The notes under the pieces were generated by a model. That model saw nothing but the letters and a program-made list of their open reading frames with translations, was not told where the DNA came from and ran no database searches. Source: an uncultured Gammaproteobacteria bacterium (GTDB lineage: Bacteria; Pseudomonadota; Gammaproteobacteria; Xanthomonadales; Xanthomonadaceae). Taken from it: a stretch of 64,000 nt of DNA. Shown here one piece after another: positions 19,534-31,135 of the stretch (positions within the stretch are counted from its first letter, which is position 1; each line of letters begins with the position of its first letter). Location of the stretch: positions 18,500 to 82,499 of the forward strand of contig CAWFMH010000002.1 in the NCBI GenBank assembly GCA_963816945.1, in the 5' to 3' direction. The translations under genes were made by a program, and so were the position numbers.

Positions 19534-20226
19534 GAAGAAGGATCAATGCCGCCACGCCCTTCGCTCGTCGTTCCAGCGCAAGCTGGAATCCATTTTGACG
19601 TTGCGATGCAAAGCCAAGATCAAAATGGGCCCCAGCTTTCGCTGGGGTGACGATTCATCGCGTTGGGCCGATGCCAGGGAAAAAAGGATCAGTGCACGGG
19701 CGCCTTTCGCCCGTCGTTCCAGCGCAAGCTGGAATCCATTTTGACGTTGCGATGCAAAGCCAAGATCAAAATGGGCCCCCGGCTTTCGCTGGGGTGACGA
19801 TTCATTGGTAGGCCGATACGCAGGAAGAAGGATCAGTGCCGCGCCCTTCGCTCGTCGTTCCAGCGCAAGCTGGAATCCATTTTGACGTTGCGATGCAAAG
19901 CCAAGATCAAAATGGGCCCCAGCTTTCGCTGGGGTGACGATTCATCGCGTTGGGCCGATGCCAGGGAAAAAAGGATCAGTGCACGGGCGCCTTTCGCCCG
20001 TCGTTCCAGCGCAAGCTGGAATCCATTTTGACGTTGCGATGCAAAGCCAAGATCAAAATGGGCCCCCGGCTTTCGCTGGGGTGACGATTCATTGGTAGGC
20101 CGATACGCAGGAAGAAGGATCAGTGCCGCGCCCTTCGCTCGTCGTTCCAGCGCAAGCTGGAATCCATTTTGACGTTGCGATGCAAAGCCAAGATCAAAAT
20201 GGGCCCCAGCTTTCGCTGGGGTGACG
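19534..20226. repeat. tandem array of five ~87-bp palindromic elements with 287-bp higher-order period
   Basis: Element starts ('cgtcgttccagcgcaagctgg...') at 19566, 19712, 19853, 19999 and 20140 (spacing 146/141/146/141). Two alternating spacer types. It fills the gap between convergent lhr and maeB. Confidence 0.9.
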
Positions 20227-20242
20227 TTTCACTTTTTCGGCG

Positions 20243-22600
<2,358 letters not shown>

Positions 22601-22659
22601 CGGATCGGCGCCGCGGACGGGCTGTCGATTCTAGCTGCTTTCGATGAATTGGCTGCTTT

Positions 22660-22803
22660 GCCCCTCCCCCTGCGAATGCAGGGGGAGGTTGGGAGGGGGT
22701 GCTCTTGCAGTACGGGATACCGGGAACCCCTCCCCGGCCCTCCCCTGCAGATGCAGGGGAGGGAGACAAGCGTTGGCATGCCCTGCATTCGCAGGGGAGG
22801 GGG
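22660..22803. repeat. cluster of GC-rich hairpins (CCCCTCCCC..GGGGAGGGG type)
   Basis: 'cctccccctgcgaatgcagggggagg', 'cctcccctgcagatgcaggggagg' and an inverted copy 'ccctgcattcgcaggggaggggg', between the maeB start and the DUF1704 gene stop. Confidence 0.7.
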
Positions 22804-22804
22804 T

Positions 22805-24067
22805 TCAGACGTCGAACACCGGCTGCTGCGTATCGATCTGGTCGAGGCGGATGCGGTTGGCGAACAGCGAGAACGCGAGCATCCCGGCGAGGCCGTTCGC
22901 GCGCGACAGCCAGTGCGGCAGCCAGCGCGGCGGTGCGATCACGCCGGCCTCGAACAGCGGCTCGAAGCGCTGCACGTCGTCGAGCGTCATCTTGCCGGCG
23001 AACAACAGTCGGCACAGGCGCAGCTTGCGTTGCCGCAGCGCCCAGCGGAAGAAGGTATGCACGCCGATCAGGCCGCGCAGGTAGACCGTGTCCTTGGTGA
23101 ACGCCGCGCCGCCGTCGAGCGGCACGCCGCGGAACACGCGCTGGGCGGAGACGAAGCTCTCGACCTCGTTCTGGCCGGCGTCGAGGAAATAGCGGAACAC
23201 CTGCACGAAATCGGCGCCGTCCAGCGCCATCGCCACCGCCTCGATGCGCAGGCTGACGCGCTTCATGCGCTCGATGTCGATGCTGCCGGTGATCTGCTCG
23301 GCGAACGTCGCCAGGCCTTCCTGCGCCGCGGTGGTGCGCGGCGAGGCCAGCGCCAGGCTCGCGAACAGCGGCTGCTCGCGGCCGTTCAACGCGGTCAGCG
23401 AATGCACGAAGGCTTCGTGCTGCAGCAGCTGGTGGCGGTCGTAATCGGAGAACGCGGCGCCGGCGCGCAGGCGGATGCGGTTGGCGCCGGCCGCGGCCTT
23501 GGCGATCAGCTGCGGATCGAGGACGACGTCGATCACGCGCTTGTCGAAGAAGCTGTCGAGGTCGGACTGCAATTGCAGCTGCAGGGCCGTCGCCGAGATC
23601 GTGACCTGCTCGGCCGGCGCCAGCAGCTCGCGATCGAGTTCGTTGGCGATATCGATGAAGTGGCGCGCGGCCTCGCGCGTGGTCGGGCCGTTGCCGGGCA
23701 GCGGTTCGTCGGGACGCCCGAACAGGCGGATCGAATGCGTGGCGACTTCCTTGGTGCCGAGCGCTTCGAGCAGCTCGGCCGCGATCGACCAGCTGCGCAC
23801 GGAATCGATGAGGTAATGGCCGAGCGGATGCGCCGGGTCGGCCTCGGCCGCGATCGCATCGAGTTCGCGCCGCGCGACGCTGAAGTCGTGTTGCGGATAG
23901 TTGACCTGCGGCACCGCGATGCGGCCTTGCGCGTATTCGGCGAGGAAGTGCTGCTGGACTTCGGCCGGCCAGCTGACCAGCGTCAGCAGTCGGATGCCGC
24001 GCACCGCGCGCACCAGGCGCGCATCGAGTGCGGCGTGGTGGGCGATGTCGGGCGGGTGGTCGGTCAT
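22805..24067 (-). CDS. DUF1704 'QEGLA-motif' protein (flavohemoglobin expression-modulating / MATCAP-like putative metallocarboxypeptidase)
   Basis: 420-aa ORF containing the family-defining 'TTAAQEGLATFAEQ' motif. Confidence 0.8.
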   Translation of the reverse strand: MTDHPPDIAHHAALDARLVRAVRGIRLLTLVSWPAEVQQHFLAEYAQGRIAVPQVNYPQHDFSVARRELDAIAAEADPAHPLGHYLIDSVRSWSIAAELLEALGTKEVATHSIRLFGRPDEPLPGNGPTTREAARHFIDIANELDRELLAPAEQVTISATALQLQLQSDLDSFFDKRVIDVVLDPQLIAKAAAGANRIRLRAGAAFSDYDRHQLLQHEAFVHSLTALNGREQPLFASLALASPRTTAAQEGLATFAEQITGSIDIERMKRVSLRIEAVAMALDGADFVQVFRYFLDAGQNEVESFVSAQRVFRGVPLDGGAAFTKDTVYLRGLIGVHTFFRWALRQRKLRLCRLLFAGKMTLDDVQRFEPLFEAGVIAPPRWLPHWLSRANGLAGMLAFSLFANRIRLDQIDTQQPVFDV

Positions 24068-24075
24068 CTTTCTAT

Positions 24076-24173
24076 CGTCATTCCCGCGAAGGCGGGAATC
24101 CAGTGACTTCGCTCTGAGCTTCGCTCGCCGTGGCCGGAAAAGTCGCTGGATTCCCGCCTTCGCGGGAATGACG
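24076..24173. repeat. 98-bp nested palindromic element (GTCATTCCCGCGAAGGCGGGAATCC type)
   Basis: Arms 'cgtcattcccgcgaaggcgggaatccagtgact' and 'agtcgctggattcccgccttcgcgggaatgacg', between rsgA and the DUF1704 gene. Confidence 0.85.
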
Positions 24174-24183
24174 AGTTAAGCAC

Positions 24184-25326
24184 TCAATGCTTCCCATACT
24201 TCTCATCGAGCCGCTTGTTCAGCGCCTTGCCCATCACCTTCGCTTCGGCGCCCTTGGCCAGCCGCGTCGCCAGCTTGTCGGCGGCGCCGGCGACCTCGTC
24301 GCGCAGCTTGGCGTAGTTGGCGTAGCGCTCGGGGTCGAGCGCGCCGGATTCGATCGCGGCGCGGATCGCGCAGCCGGGTTCGCGCTCGTGCTTGCAGTCG
24401 CGGAACTTGCATTGCTCGGCAAGCAGTTCGACATCGGCGAAGCCGCCTTCGGCCAGGTCTTCCTCGCCGGTCGGCTTGAGTTCGCGCATGCCGGGCGTGT
24501 CGATCAGGCAGGCGCCGGACGGCAGCGGGATCAGCGCGCGATGCGTGGTGGTGTGGCGGCCGCGCGCGTCGCTCTCGCGGACCTCGCCGGTCTTCATCTT
24601 CTCGATGCCGAGCAGCGTGTTGGTCAGCGTCGATTTGCCGGCGCCGGACGAGCCGACCAGCACCGCGGTCTGCCCCGGCCCGAGCCAGCGGTGCAGGCCG
24701 GCGACGCTGTCGCGATCCTTGGCGTTGACCACGAGCACGGCGATGTCCTGCGCGGCGAGTTCGGCCAGCGTCGCGCGCGCTTCGCCGACGCCGGGACCGT
24801 CGAGGCCGCCGGCGAGGTCGACCTTGGTCAGCACCACCACCGGCTCGGCGCCGCCACGCACCAGCAGCAGGTAGCGCTCGATGCGGCGCGGATTGAAATC
24901 GGCATCGAGCCCGCAGACGATGAACACGGTATCGATATTGGCGGCGATGACCTGCTGCTTGTAGTGCTCGCCGGCGGCGCCGCGCTTGATCGCGGTGCGT
25001 CGCGGCAGCAGCGCGACGACCTTGGGCTCGTCGGCGGGCTGGCCTTCGATCAGCACCCAGTCGCCGACCGCCGGGCGCTCTTCGCTCGGCGTCATGCCTT
25101 TCTTGTAGCCGGGCGTGCGCGTCCATTCCGGCAGCGATTCCACGGTGAACCCGGGGTCGAGGCCCTCGGCGACGATGTAGCCGGAGCGATGCTGCTCGAT
25201 GATGCGCGCCGGGCGGGCCTGCGGATGCGCGGCGATCGCCTCGGTCCATGCGCCCTGCGGCGGCAGGCCCGGCCACGGCCAGCCGATCGCACGCAGCGCG
25301 GCGAAATCGGGAGTCAAACGCGGCAA
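24184..25326 (-). CDS. rsgA: ribosome small-subunit-dependent GTPase A
   Basis: Circularly permuted GTPase motifs ('TKVDL', 'VLVGSSGAGKSTL') and a C-terminal zinc finger 'CKFRDCKHEREPGC'. There is no in-frame ATG near the conserved 'LTPDFAALRAIGW' N-terminus. Probable TTG start at 25326 or 25317; the start is uncertain. Confidence 0.85.
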   Translation of the reverse strand: MPRLTPDFAALRAIGWPWPGLPPQGAWTEAIAAHPQARPARIIEQHRSGYIVAEGLDPGFTVESLPEWTRTPGYKKGMTPSEERPAVGDWVLIEGQPADEPKVVALLPRRTAIKRGAAGEHYKQQVIAANIDTVFIVCGLDADFNPRRIERYLLLVRGGAEPVVVLTKVDLAGGLDGPGVGEARATLAELAAQDIAVLVVNAKDRDSVAGLHRWLGPGQTAVLVGSSGAGKSTLTNTLLGIEKMKTGEVRESDARGRHTTTHRALIPLPSGACLIDTPGMRELKPTGEEDLAEGGFADVELLAEQCKFRDCKHEREPGCAIRAAIESGALDPERYANYAKLRDEVAGAADKLATRLAKGAEAKVMGKALNKRLDEKYGKH

Positions 25327-25433
25327 GGATGGGCAGGCATGCGGGGATTCTAGCCCCGAAGCCGCGCATGGCCGGCATCGCGCAGGCTTTTCCGCTAGGC
25401 TTTCCAGCCAATTCACTGCTTTTGTCCGTGCCG

Positions 25434-26708
25434 ATGTCGATCCCCACCCTGAAAGTCCGCGACCGCCTGTCCGAAGTGCGTTACGAAATCCGCGGCGAGC
25501 TGGCCCGACGCGCACGCGAACTGGAAGGCCAGGGCCGGACCCTGATCAAGCTCAATATCGGCAACCCCGGCGCCTTCGGTTTCCGCGCGCCGGAGCATCT
25601 GCAGCGCGCGATCGCCGACCACATCCACGACACCGATCCCTACACCCACCAGCAGGGCCTGCCGGCCGCGCGCGAGGTGATCGCCGCCTTCCACAAGACG
25701 CGCGGCACGCCGAACGCGACGCCCGAGCGCGTGTTCATCGGCAACGGCGTCAGCGAGCTGATCGACCTGTCGCTGCGCGCGCTGCTCAATCCCGGCGACG
25801 AGGTGCTGCTGCCCTCGCCCGACTACCCGCTGTGGTCGGCGGCGACCATCCTCAACGATGGCCGTCCGGTCTATTACCGCTGCCATGCCGGCAACGGCTT
25901 CCTGCCCGATGCCGACGAACTCGAGGCGCTGGTGTCCTCGCGCACGCGCGCCATCGTGCTGATCAACCCGAACAATCCGACCGGCGCGGCCTATCCGCGC
26001 GAACTGCTCGAACGCATCGTCGCGATCGCCGCGCGCCACAACCTGCTGCTGATGACCGACGAGATCTACGACTCGATCCTGTACGACGGCGCGCAGTTCC
26101 AGCCGCTGGCGCCGCTGGCCGGCGACGTGCCGTGCCTGTCGCTCGGCGGCCTGTCGAAGGTGCATCGCGCCTGCGGCTGGCGCGTGGGCTGGGCGATGCT
26201 GTCGGGCGATCCGCTCGCGATCGGTGATTTCCATCACGCCATGGACCTGCTCGGCGCGCTGCGCCTGTGCGCCAACGTGCCGGGGCAGTTCGCGATCGAG
26301 GCCGCCCTGCATGGCACCGACACGATCACGCCGCTGTGCGCACCCGGCGGCCGGCTGTACGAAGCGCGCCGCGCGGTGGTCGATGCCTGCGCGGCCAGCG
26401 AGCACCTCGAACTGGTGACGCCGGCCGGCGCGCTGTACGCGTTCCCGGGCGTGGTCGGCGCGGCCGCGCGCGGCTTCGACGATCATGCCTTCGCGCTGGA
26501 GATGCTCGAAACCGAGGACGTGCTGATCGTGCCCGGTTCCAGCTTCAACGTGCCGTACCGCAACCATTTCCGCGTCACGCTGCTGCCGCAGCCGGACGAA
26601 CTACGCGAAGTGTTCGCGCGCATCGACCGCGTACTGGCGCGGCGTGCGGAGGCGGCGACGCCCGCCAGCGACCGGCGCGCCGTGGATGCGCGTGCGGCCG
26701 TGGCGTAG
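25434..26708 (+). CDS. alaA: PLP-dependent aminotransferase, AlaA/AlaC-like
   Basis: ATG verified at 25434. Near-collinear with E. coli AlaA as I recall it: 'LNIGNPGAFGF', 'IGNGVSELI', 'INPNNPTGAAY', 'GGLSKVHRACGWRVGW', 'LRLCANVPGQFAI'. Confidence 0.85.
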   Translation: MSIPTLKVRDRLSEVRYEIRGELARRARELEGQGRTLIKLNIGNPGAFGFRAPEHLQRAIADHIHDTDPYTHQQGLPAAREVIAAFHKTRGTPNATPERVFIGNGVSELIDLSLRALLNPGDEVLLPSPDYPLWSAATILNDGRPVYYRCHAGNGFLPDADELEALVSSRTRAIVLINPNNPTGAAYPRELLERIVAIAARHNLLLMTDEIYDSILYDGAQFQPLAPLAGDVPCLSLGGLSKVHRACGWRVGWAMLSGDPLAIGDFHHAMDLLGALRLCANVPGQFAIEAALHGTDTITPLCAPGGRLYEARRAVVDACAASEHLELVTPAGALYAFPGVVGAAARGFDDHAFALEMLETEDVLIVPGSSFNVPYRNHFRVTLLPQPDELREVFARIDRVLARRAEAATPASDRRAVDARAAVA

Positions 26709-27396
26709 GACGCTGCGCGGTGCGCTGTCCGCGCTGCTCGCGTTCGGTTCGATCGCACAGGCCGGCGAATCGTCGGCGCCTGACACCGTGAAGTTTCTCG
26801 CGCTCGGCGACAGCTACACCATCGGCGAGAGCGTTGCCGAGTCAGGACGCTGGCCGGTGCAGCTGGCGCGTGCACTGCGCGACGAAGGCATCGCACTCGC
26901 CGAGCCGCGCATCATCGCCACCACCGGTTGGACCACCGACGAACTTTCCGCCGCGATCGACGCCGCGGAACCGCTCGGCACGTTCGCTTTCGTCAGCCTG
27001 GCGATCGGCGTCAACAACCAGTATCGCGGGCGTAGCGCAGACGAGTATCGCGGCGAGTTCGCGCTGCTGCTCGATCGTGCGATCGGCTTCGCCGACGGCC
27101 GCGCCGATCGCGTGCTGGTGCTGTCGATTCCGGACTGGGGCGCGACGCGCTTCGGCGCCGAGTCGGGTCGCGATCTCGCCCGGGTCGCGCGCGAACTCGA
27201 CGCGTACAACGCGATCGCGCGCGAGGTGTGCGCGGCGCGCGGCGTCGCCTTCGTCGACATCGCGCCGGTCAGCCGCGCGCGCGGCGGCGAGGCCGCGATG
27301 CTGGCCGACGATGGCCTGCATCCGTCGGCCGCGATGTATGCCGAGTGGACGCGACTGGCGCTGCCGGCCGCACGCAAAGCACTGGCGGCGCCATGA
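26686..27396 (+). CDS. SGNH/GDSL hydrolase, secreted
   Basis: Signal peptide 'MRVRPWRRTLRGALSALLAFGSIAQA' followed by block I 'FLALGDSYTIGE'. C-terminal 'DGLHPS' block. Confidence 0.8.
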   Translation: MRVRPWRRTLRGALSALLAFGSIAQAGESSAPDTVKFLALGDSYTIGESVAESGRWPVQLARALRDEGIALAEPRIIATTGWTTDELSAAIDAAEPLGTFAFVSLAIGVNNQYRGRSADEYRGEFALLLDRAIGFADGRADRVLVLSIPDWGATRFGAESGRDLARVARELDAYNAIAREVCAARGVAFVDIAPVSRARGGEAAMLADDGLHPSAAMYAEWTRLALPAARKALAAP

Positions 27397-28124
27397 CGGC
27401 CATCGATAACGGCGATGTCGTGGCAGGGACTGCCGCGACGCGCCCGCTCGGTCGCGACATCGGCCTGCGCATCGCGCGCGCCTACCTGCCGCGCAACCCG
27501 CTCGGCAACCGCTGGGACTATTACTACGCGCGCGCCAAGCTCGGCAGCGATCCGCTTTATAGCGGCGTGCTGGACGCGCTGCGCGGCAGCGATGCGCCGC
27601 TGCTCGACCTCGGCTGCGGGCTGGGCCTGCTCGCGCATGCGCTGCACCACGACGGACAGCCGCTCGCCTATCACGGCGTCGACAACGACGCGGCGAAGAT
27701 CGCGCGTGCGCGCCGCGCCGCAACCAAGGTCGGCTTGCCGCAGGCGCGTTTCGAAGTCACCGATCTGGCGCTGATGCTGCCGGAGCACCGCGGCAGCGTC
27801 GCGATCCTCGACGTGCTGCAGTATCTGTCCGCCGATGCGCAACGCGGCCTGCTCGAGCACATCGTCGCGACGCTGACGCCTGGCGCACGACTGGTGATCC
27901 GCACCGGCCTGGTCGACGGCACGCGCCGCGGCCACACCACGCGCGTCACCGACCGGCTCGCCAACCTGATCGGCTGGATGCAGTCGGTTCCCAAGACTTA
28001 TCCGGATGCCGCAGGCCTGCGCGGGCTACTGGAAGGCGCGGGTCTGGTGACCACGTTCGCGCCGTTGTATGGCAGCACGCCGTTCAACAACTGGCTGGTG
28101 GTGGCGGAGCGGGCCAGGACCTAG
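27393..28124 (+). CDS. class I SAM-dependent methyltransferase
   Basis: ATG at 27393 overlaps the upstream stop (ATGA). Motif I 'LLDLGCGLG'. Confidence 0.75.
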   Translation: MTAIDNGDVVAGTAATRPLGRDIGLRIARAYLPRNPLGNRWDYYYARAKLGSDPLYSGVLDALRGSDAPLLDLGCGLGLLAHALHHDGQPLAYHGVDNDAAKIARARRAATKVGLPQARFEVTDLALMLPEHRGSVAILDVLQYLSADAQRGLLEHIVATLTPGARLVIRTGLVDGTRRGHTTRVTDRLANLIGWMQSVPKTYPDAAGLRGLLEGAGLVTTFAPLYGSTPFNNWLVVAERART

Positions 28125-28172
28125 CCACCGACGCGGCGAGTCCGCGTCATTGCCGCGCGTGCTGATGCAGTC

Positions 28173-28376
28173 GCCCCCTTTGCAAAAGGGGGCAGACGCG
28201 CAAAGCGCGGCGGGGGATTTGCTCTTGGTGCGAAACTCCCGGCGCCGACGCTAGGCCATCGGTTGATATGGCGGTCGTACGGGCGTTGTGTCCAAACCAT
28301 TGGCCAGCTATCGCGCCAAAAGCAAATCCCCCCGTCGCCTGCTGCGCAGGCGCCTGCCCCCTTTTTCAAAGGGGGC
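28173..28376. repeat. ~200-bp MITE-like element with ~60-bp imperfect terminal inverted repeats
   Basis: Left arm 'gccccctttgcaaaagggggcag...gcgggggatttgctcttggtgcg' versus the reverse complement of the right arm 'gccccctttgaaaaagggggcag...ggggggatttgcttttggcgcg'. It lies between the convergent methyltransferase and deacetylase genes. Confidence 0.7.
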
Positions 28377-29220
28377 TATCGACTGCCGACATCTCTGGCG
28401 CCTTCGAAACTGGCATCCGGGCACCCGTAGTTGCTTCCAACGCCTCCGGCAACACCGTGCCATACCCCAATACCTGCATGCGTTGCAGCAACAACCCAAT
28501 CGTCTCGACATTCCGCCCATGCCGCGCGCCCTCGTGCAACAGCACGATCGCGCCCGGCGCCAAGCCGCGCTCGATGCGCGAAACCACGCGTTCGGCATTC
28601 GCCTCCACCGCGTCGAACCCGCGCGCGTTCCAGGCCACGCGCGCCAGGCCGTGCGTCCGCAACGGTGCGGACACGAACGGATTGGCCATCCCGACCACCG
28701 CGCGGAACCAGCGTGGTGCCTGTCCGCTGATCGCCTGCAGCGTCGCCTGCGCATCGGCGATCTCGCGCGCCATGCGCCGCGGCGGCAGCAGCCAGAACCA
28801 GGCCGAGGGATGCGTCGCGCTGTGGTTGCCGAGCGTGTGGCCGCGGCGTGCGATCTCGCGCACGAGCTCCGGCCGCGCGGCGGCGCGCTTGCCGACGACG
28901 AAGAACGTCGCCTTTGCGCCATGCGCATCGAGTGCATCGAGGATCGCGAGCGTGTCGTCGGACGGGCCGTCGTCGATCGTCAGCCAAACACGTTTGTCGG
29001 CGATCGGCAGGCGCGTCAGCACCGGACTGTAGAAGCGCGATTGCGGCCACAACACGCCCCACCAGAACACCAGGTGCGTGACCATCATCAGCGGCAGGCC
29101 GATGCGCCAGCCCCACTGCCACCATGCGAGTGCGACCAACACCTGCGACAACGACAGCGCCCACAGCCACGCGTGCGGATGGCGCGGCACGCGATGCAGT
29201 GTTTCGGCCGGCGTTGTCAT
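28366..29220 (-). CDS. polysaccharide deacetylase (NodB/CE4) family membrane protein
   Basis: ATG verified at 29220 ('MTTPAETLH'). Two N-terminal TM segments, then 'VWLTIDDGPSDDT' and 'GHTLGNHSATH' NodB motifs. Confidence 0.85.
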   Translation of the reverse strand: MTTPAETLHRVPRHPHAWLWALSLSQVLVALAWWQWGWRIGLPLMMVTHLVFWWGVLWPQSRFYSPVLTRLPIADKRVWLTIDDGPSDDTLAILDALDAHGAKATFFVVGKRAAARPELVREIARRGHTLGNHSATHPSAWFWLLPPRRMAREIADAQATLQAISGQAPRWFRAVVGMANPFVSAPLRTHGLARVAWNARGFDAVEANAERVVSRIERGLAPGAIVLLHEGARHGRNVETIGLLLQRMQVLGYGTVLPEALEATTGARMPVSKAPEMSAVDSPL

Positions 29221-29281
29221 GCCGGCATGATGCCACGCGTTGCTAGAATGACCGCATGAACACGCCGATGAACATCGGCCG

Positions 29282-29626
29282 ATGAACATCCAGCCGCTGA
29301 ACGCGCCGCCCATGCGCTTGCTCACGCCTGCCGATGCCGACGCGCGCGTGCGCGCCGGCACGGTGACGGTCGTGGACGTGCGTCCGCCGCAGGAACGGGC
29401 ACTGGCCGCGATCACGGTGCCGCATGACGGCCTCGAGGACGGCGGCTTGGAGCGCCTGCTGGCTTTGCCGAAGGACGTCCCGCTCGCTTTCCTGTGCCAC
29501 CACGGCGGGCGCAGCGCGCAGGCGGCGGAATACTTCCGCGCGCAAGGGTTCGGCGAGGTCTACAACATCGTCGGCGGCATCGAGGCTTGGGCGCTCGATG
29601 TGGATTCGTCCATTCCGAGGTATTGA
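29282..29626 (+). CDS. rhodanese-domain sulfurtransferase
   Basis: 114-aa ORF with active-site loop 'CHHGGRS' and 'VGGIEAW'. Confidence 0.85.
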   Translation: MNIQPLNAPPMRLLTPADADARVRAGTVTVVDVRPPQERALAAITVPHDGLEDGGLERLLALPKDVPLAFLCHHGGRSAQAAEYFRAQGFGEVYNIVGGIEAWALDVDSSIPRY

Positions 29627-29658
29627 GAGCGGGAGCGGCGGGCCTGGGCCCGCCCTAC

Positions 29659-30213
29659 TCAGCCGAAACCGCCGCCGGCATCGAGCCAGGCTTGTTCTTC
29701 CGGCGTGTTGTCGCGCCCGAGCGCGCGGTTGCGATGCGGGAAGCGTCCGAAGCGGGCGATGACGTCGCGGTGCGCGACGGCGTACTTCATGTAGTTCTGG
29801 TCGAGCGCAGCCGCAAGCTCGATCGAATGTGCCTGGTCGGCGGCCTCCTCGGAATGCTCGAGCGGCATGTAGAAGAACACGCGAAGCAGCGGATCGATCT
29901 GCGCATCGAAGCCCGCTGCGATGGCGCGCCTTGCGTAATGCCTGGCCAGGGAATCGGTCGCGTAGGCATGCGCGCTGTTGCGGAACACGTTGCGCGGGAA
30001 CTGGTCGAGCAGGACCATCAGCGCCATCGCACCCTCGGCGCTTTCCATCCAGGCTTCGAACTCGCGCCGCGCGGCGGCGAAGTGAGCATCGAGGAAGCGC
30101 GCGCGGAACTCGCCATCGAAGACATCGTCGCGCGCGAACCATTTGTCGTAGCCGGCCTGGAGCCAGAAGGCGACGATATCGTTGGCGCTGGCGGTGTTGG
30201 CGGACGAAGGCAT
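29659..30213 (-). CDS. DUF924 family protein
   Basis: 184-aa ORF with the 'LLDQFPRNVFR' motif typical of DUF924. Confidence 0.75.
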   Translation of the reverse strand: MPSSANTASANDIVAFWLQAGYDKWFARDDVFDGEFRARFLDAHFAAARREFEAWMESAEGAMALMVLLDQFPRNVFRNSAHAYATDSLARHYARRAIAAGFDAQIDPLLRVFFYMPLEHSEEAADQAHSIELAAALDQNYMKYAVAHRDVIARFGRFPHRNRALGRDNTPEEQAWLDAGGGFG

Positions 30214-30404
30214 GGTTCTTCCTGCGCGGGCGGGTCGTCAGGATACGCCCGCGATCGATCGCCGAAACGATCGCGATGCGCGGCAAGGAGTACACGCCGG
30301 CGGCGTCGAGCAGGTTGGCAAAGGGCGTCGGCCGAGGAGATGGCGATTGACAGGACGTCCCGCAACGCAACTGCGCGGCTGCAGCACAACGTCAGCACAT
30401 GCCA

Positions 30405-31126
30405 TCAATAGATGATCGAACTGCTAGCCAGTGAAAACCATGCTTCCACGTCGCTGAGGCAGCCCGACTGGCCTTCCCAGCGAGGCCTTGACTCGTCCCA
30501 TGCGCACTCGAATGAGCGGGCTTCCGGGACCTTCTTCATGGGAAAGAACCGAAAGGTCTGCGAAACCTCGACCTCGCCCGGCTGCCCTGCAATCCTTTGT
30601 GGCTCGAACTTCCACCGCTTCGTCGATTCGATTGCGGCTTTCTCGAAGGCCCGATCGCTGGAAGACACCGTACGCAGGTAGACAGGCTTGCCATCGACGC
30701 CGATCCGCAAACGCAGTTCCACGTCTCCACTCCGATTGCTTCGAACCATCTCGGCCGGATACGACGGCGGCGATACGAACAGGCCAGTCGGCGCCAGGTT
30801 GATGTTGTCGAGGCTGATCGAGTAATCGTCCGGTCCTGCAGGCGTCAGCACCAGCATTGCGGTCACGTGCGTGCTGCTGGCGACTGGGGAGCCGTTGAGG
30901 CGCGCAGGCAGGTACCGGGCCTTCGCCAGTGCCTCGCTAGCCAGCCCCAACAGCGCACCTTTTACGCCTTTCACTTCGCCGATATCGGCTTTTCCGTCTG
31001 CGCCGATCGCGATCGGCGCATCGATCCAGACCTTCTTCGTCTCGTCCTCTGCAGCCGCAGACCCAGGCAACGCCGCGTAAAGGCCAGGCCGAGCAACGTC
31101 ATTGACGCGCGTGATAGTGCAGGCAT
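30405..31126 (-). pseudogene. TonB C-terminal-domain (TonB_C-like) secreted protein with apparent 1-nt frameshift near the 5' end
   Basis: Strong SD (TAGGAG) 6 nt 5' of the ATG at 31126, opening 'MPALSRASMTLLGLAF' (signal-peptide-like). The frame then switches at A3 31079-31081 into the long ORF frame '..YAALPGSAAAEDETKK...PPSYPAEMVRSNRSGDVELRLRIGVDGKPVYLRTV...' (TonB_C-like). This could be a sequencing error. Confidence 0.55.
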
Positions 31127-31135
31127 CTGCAACTC

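Noticed and set aside
19534-20226. Regularly spaced repeats that could superficially be a CRISPR array
   Set aside because: The repeats are ~87 bp and strongly palindromic. The 'spacers' are only two sequences that alternate, giving a 287-bp tandem duplication. There is no leader and no cas gene. It is a tandem array of palindromic elements, not CRISPR.
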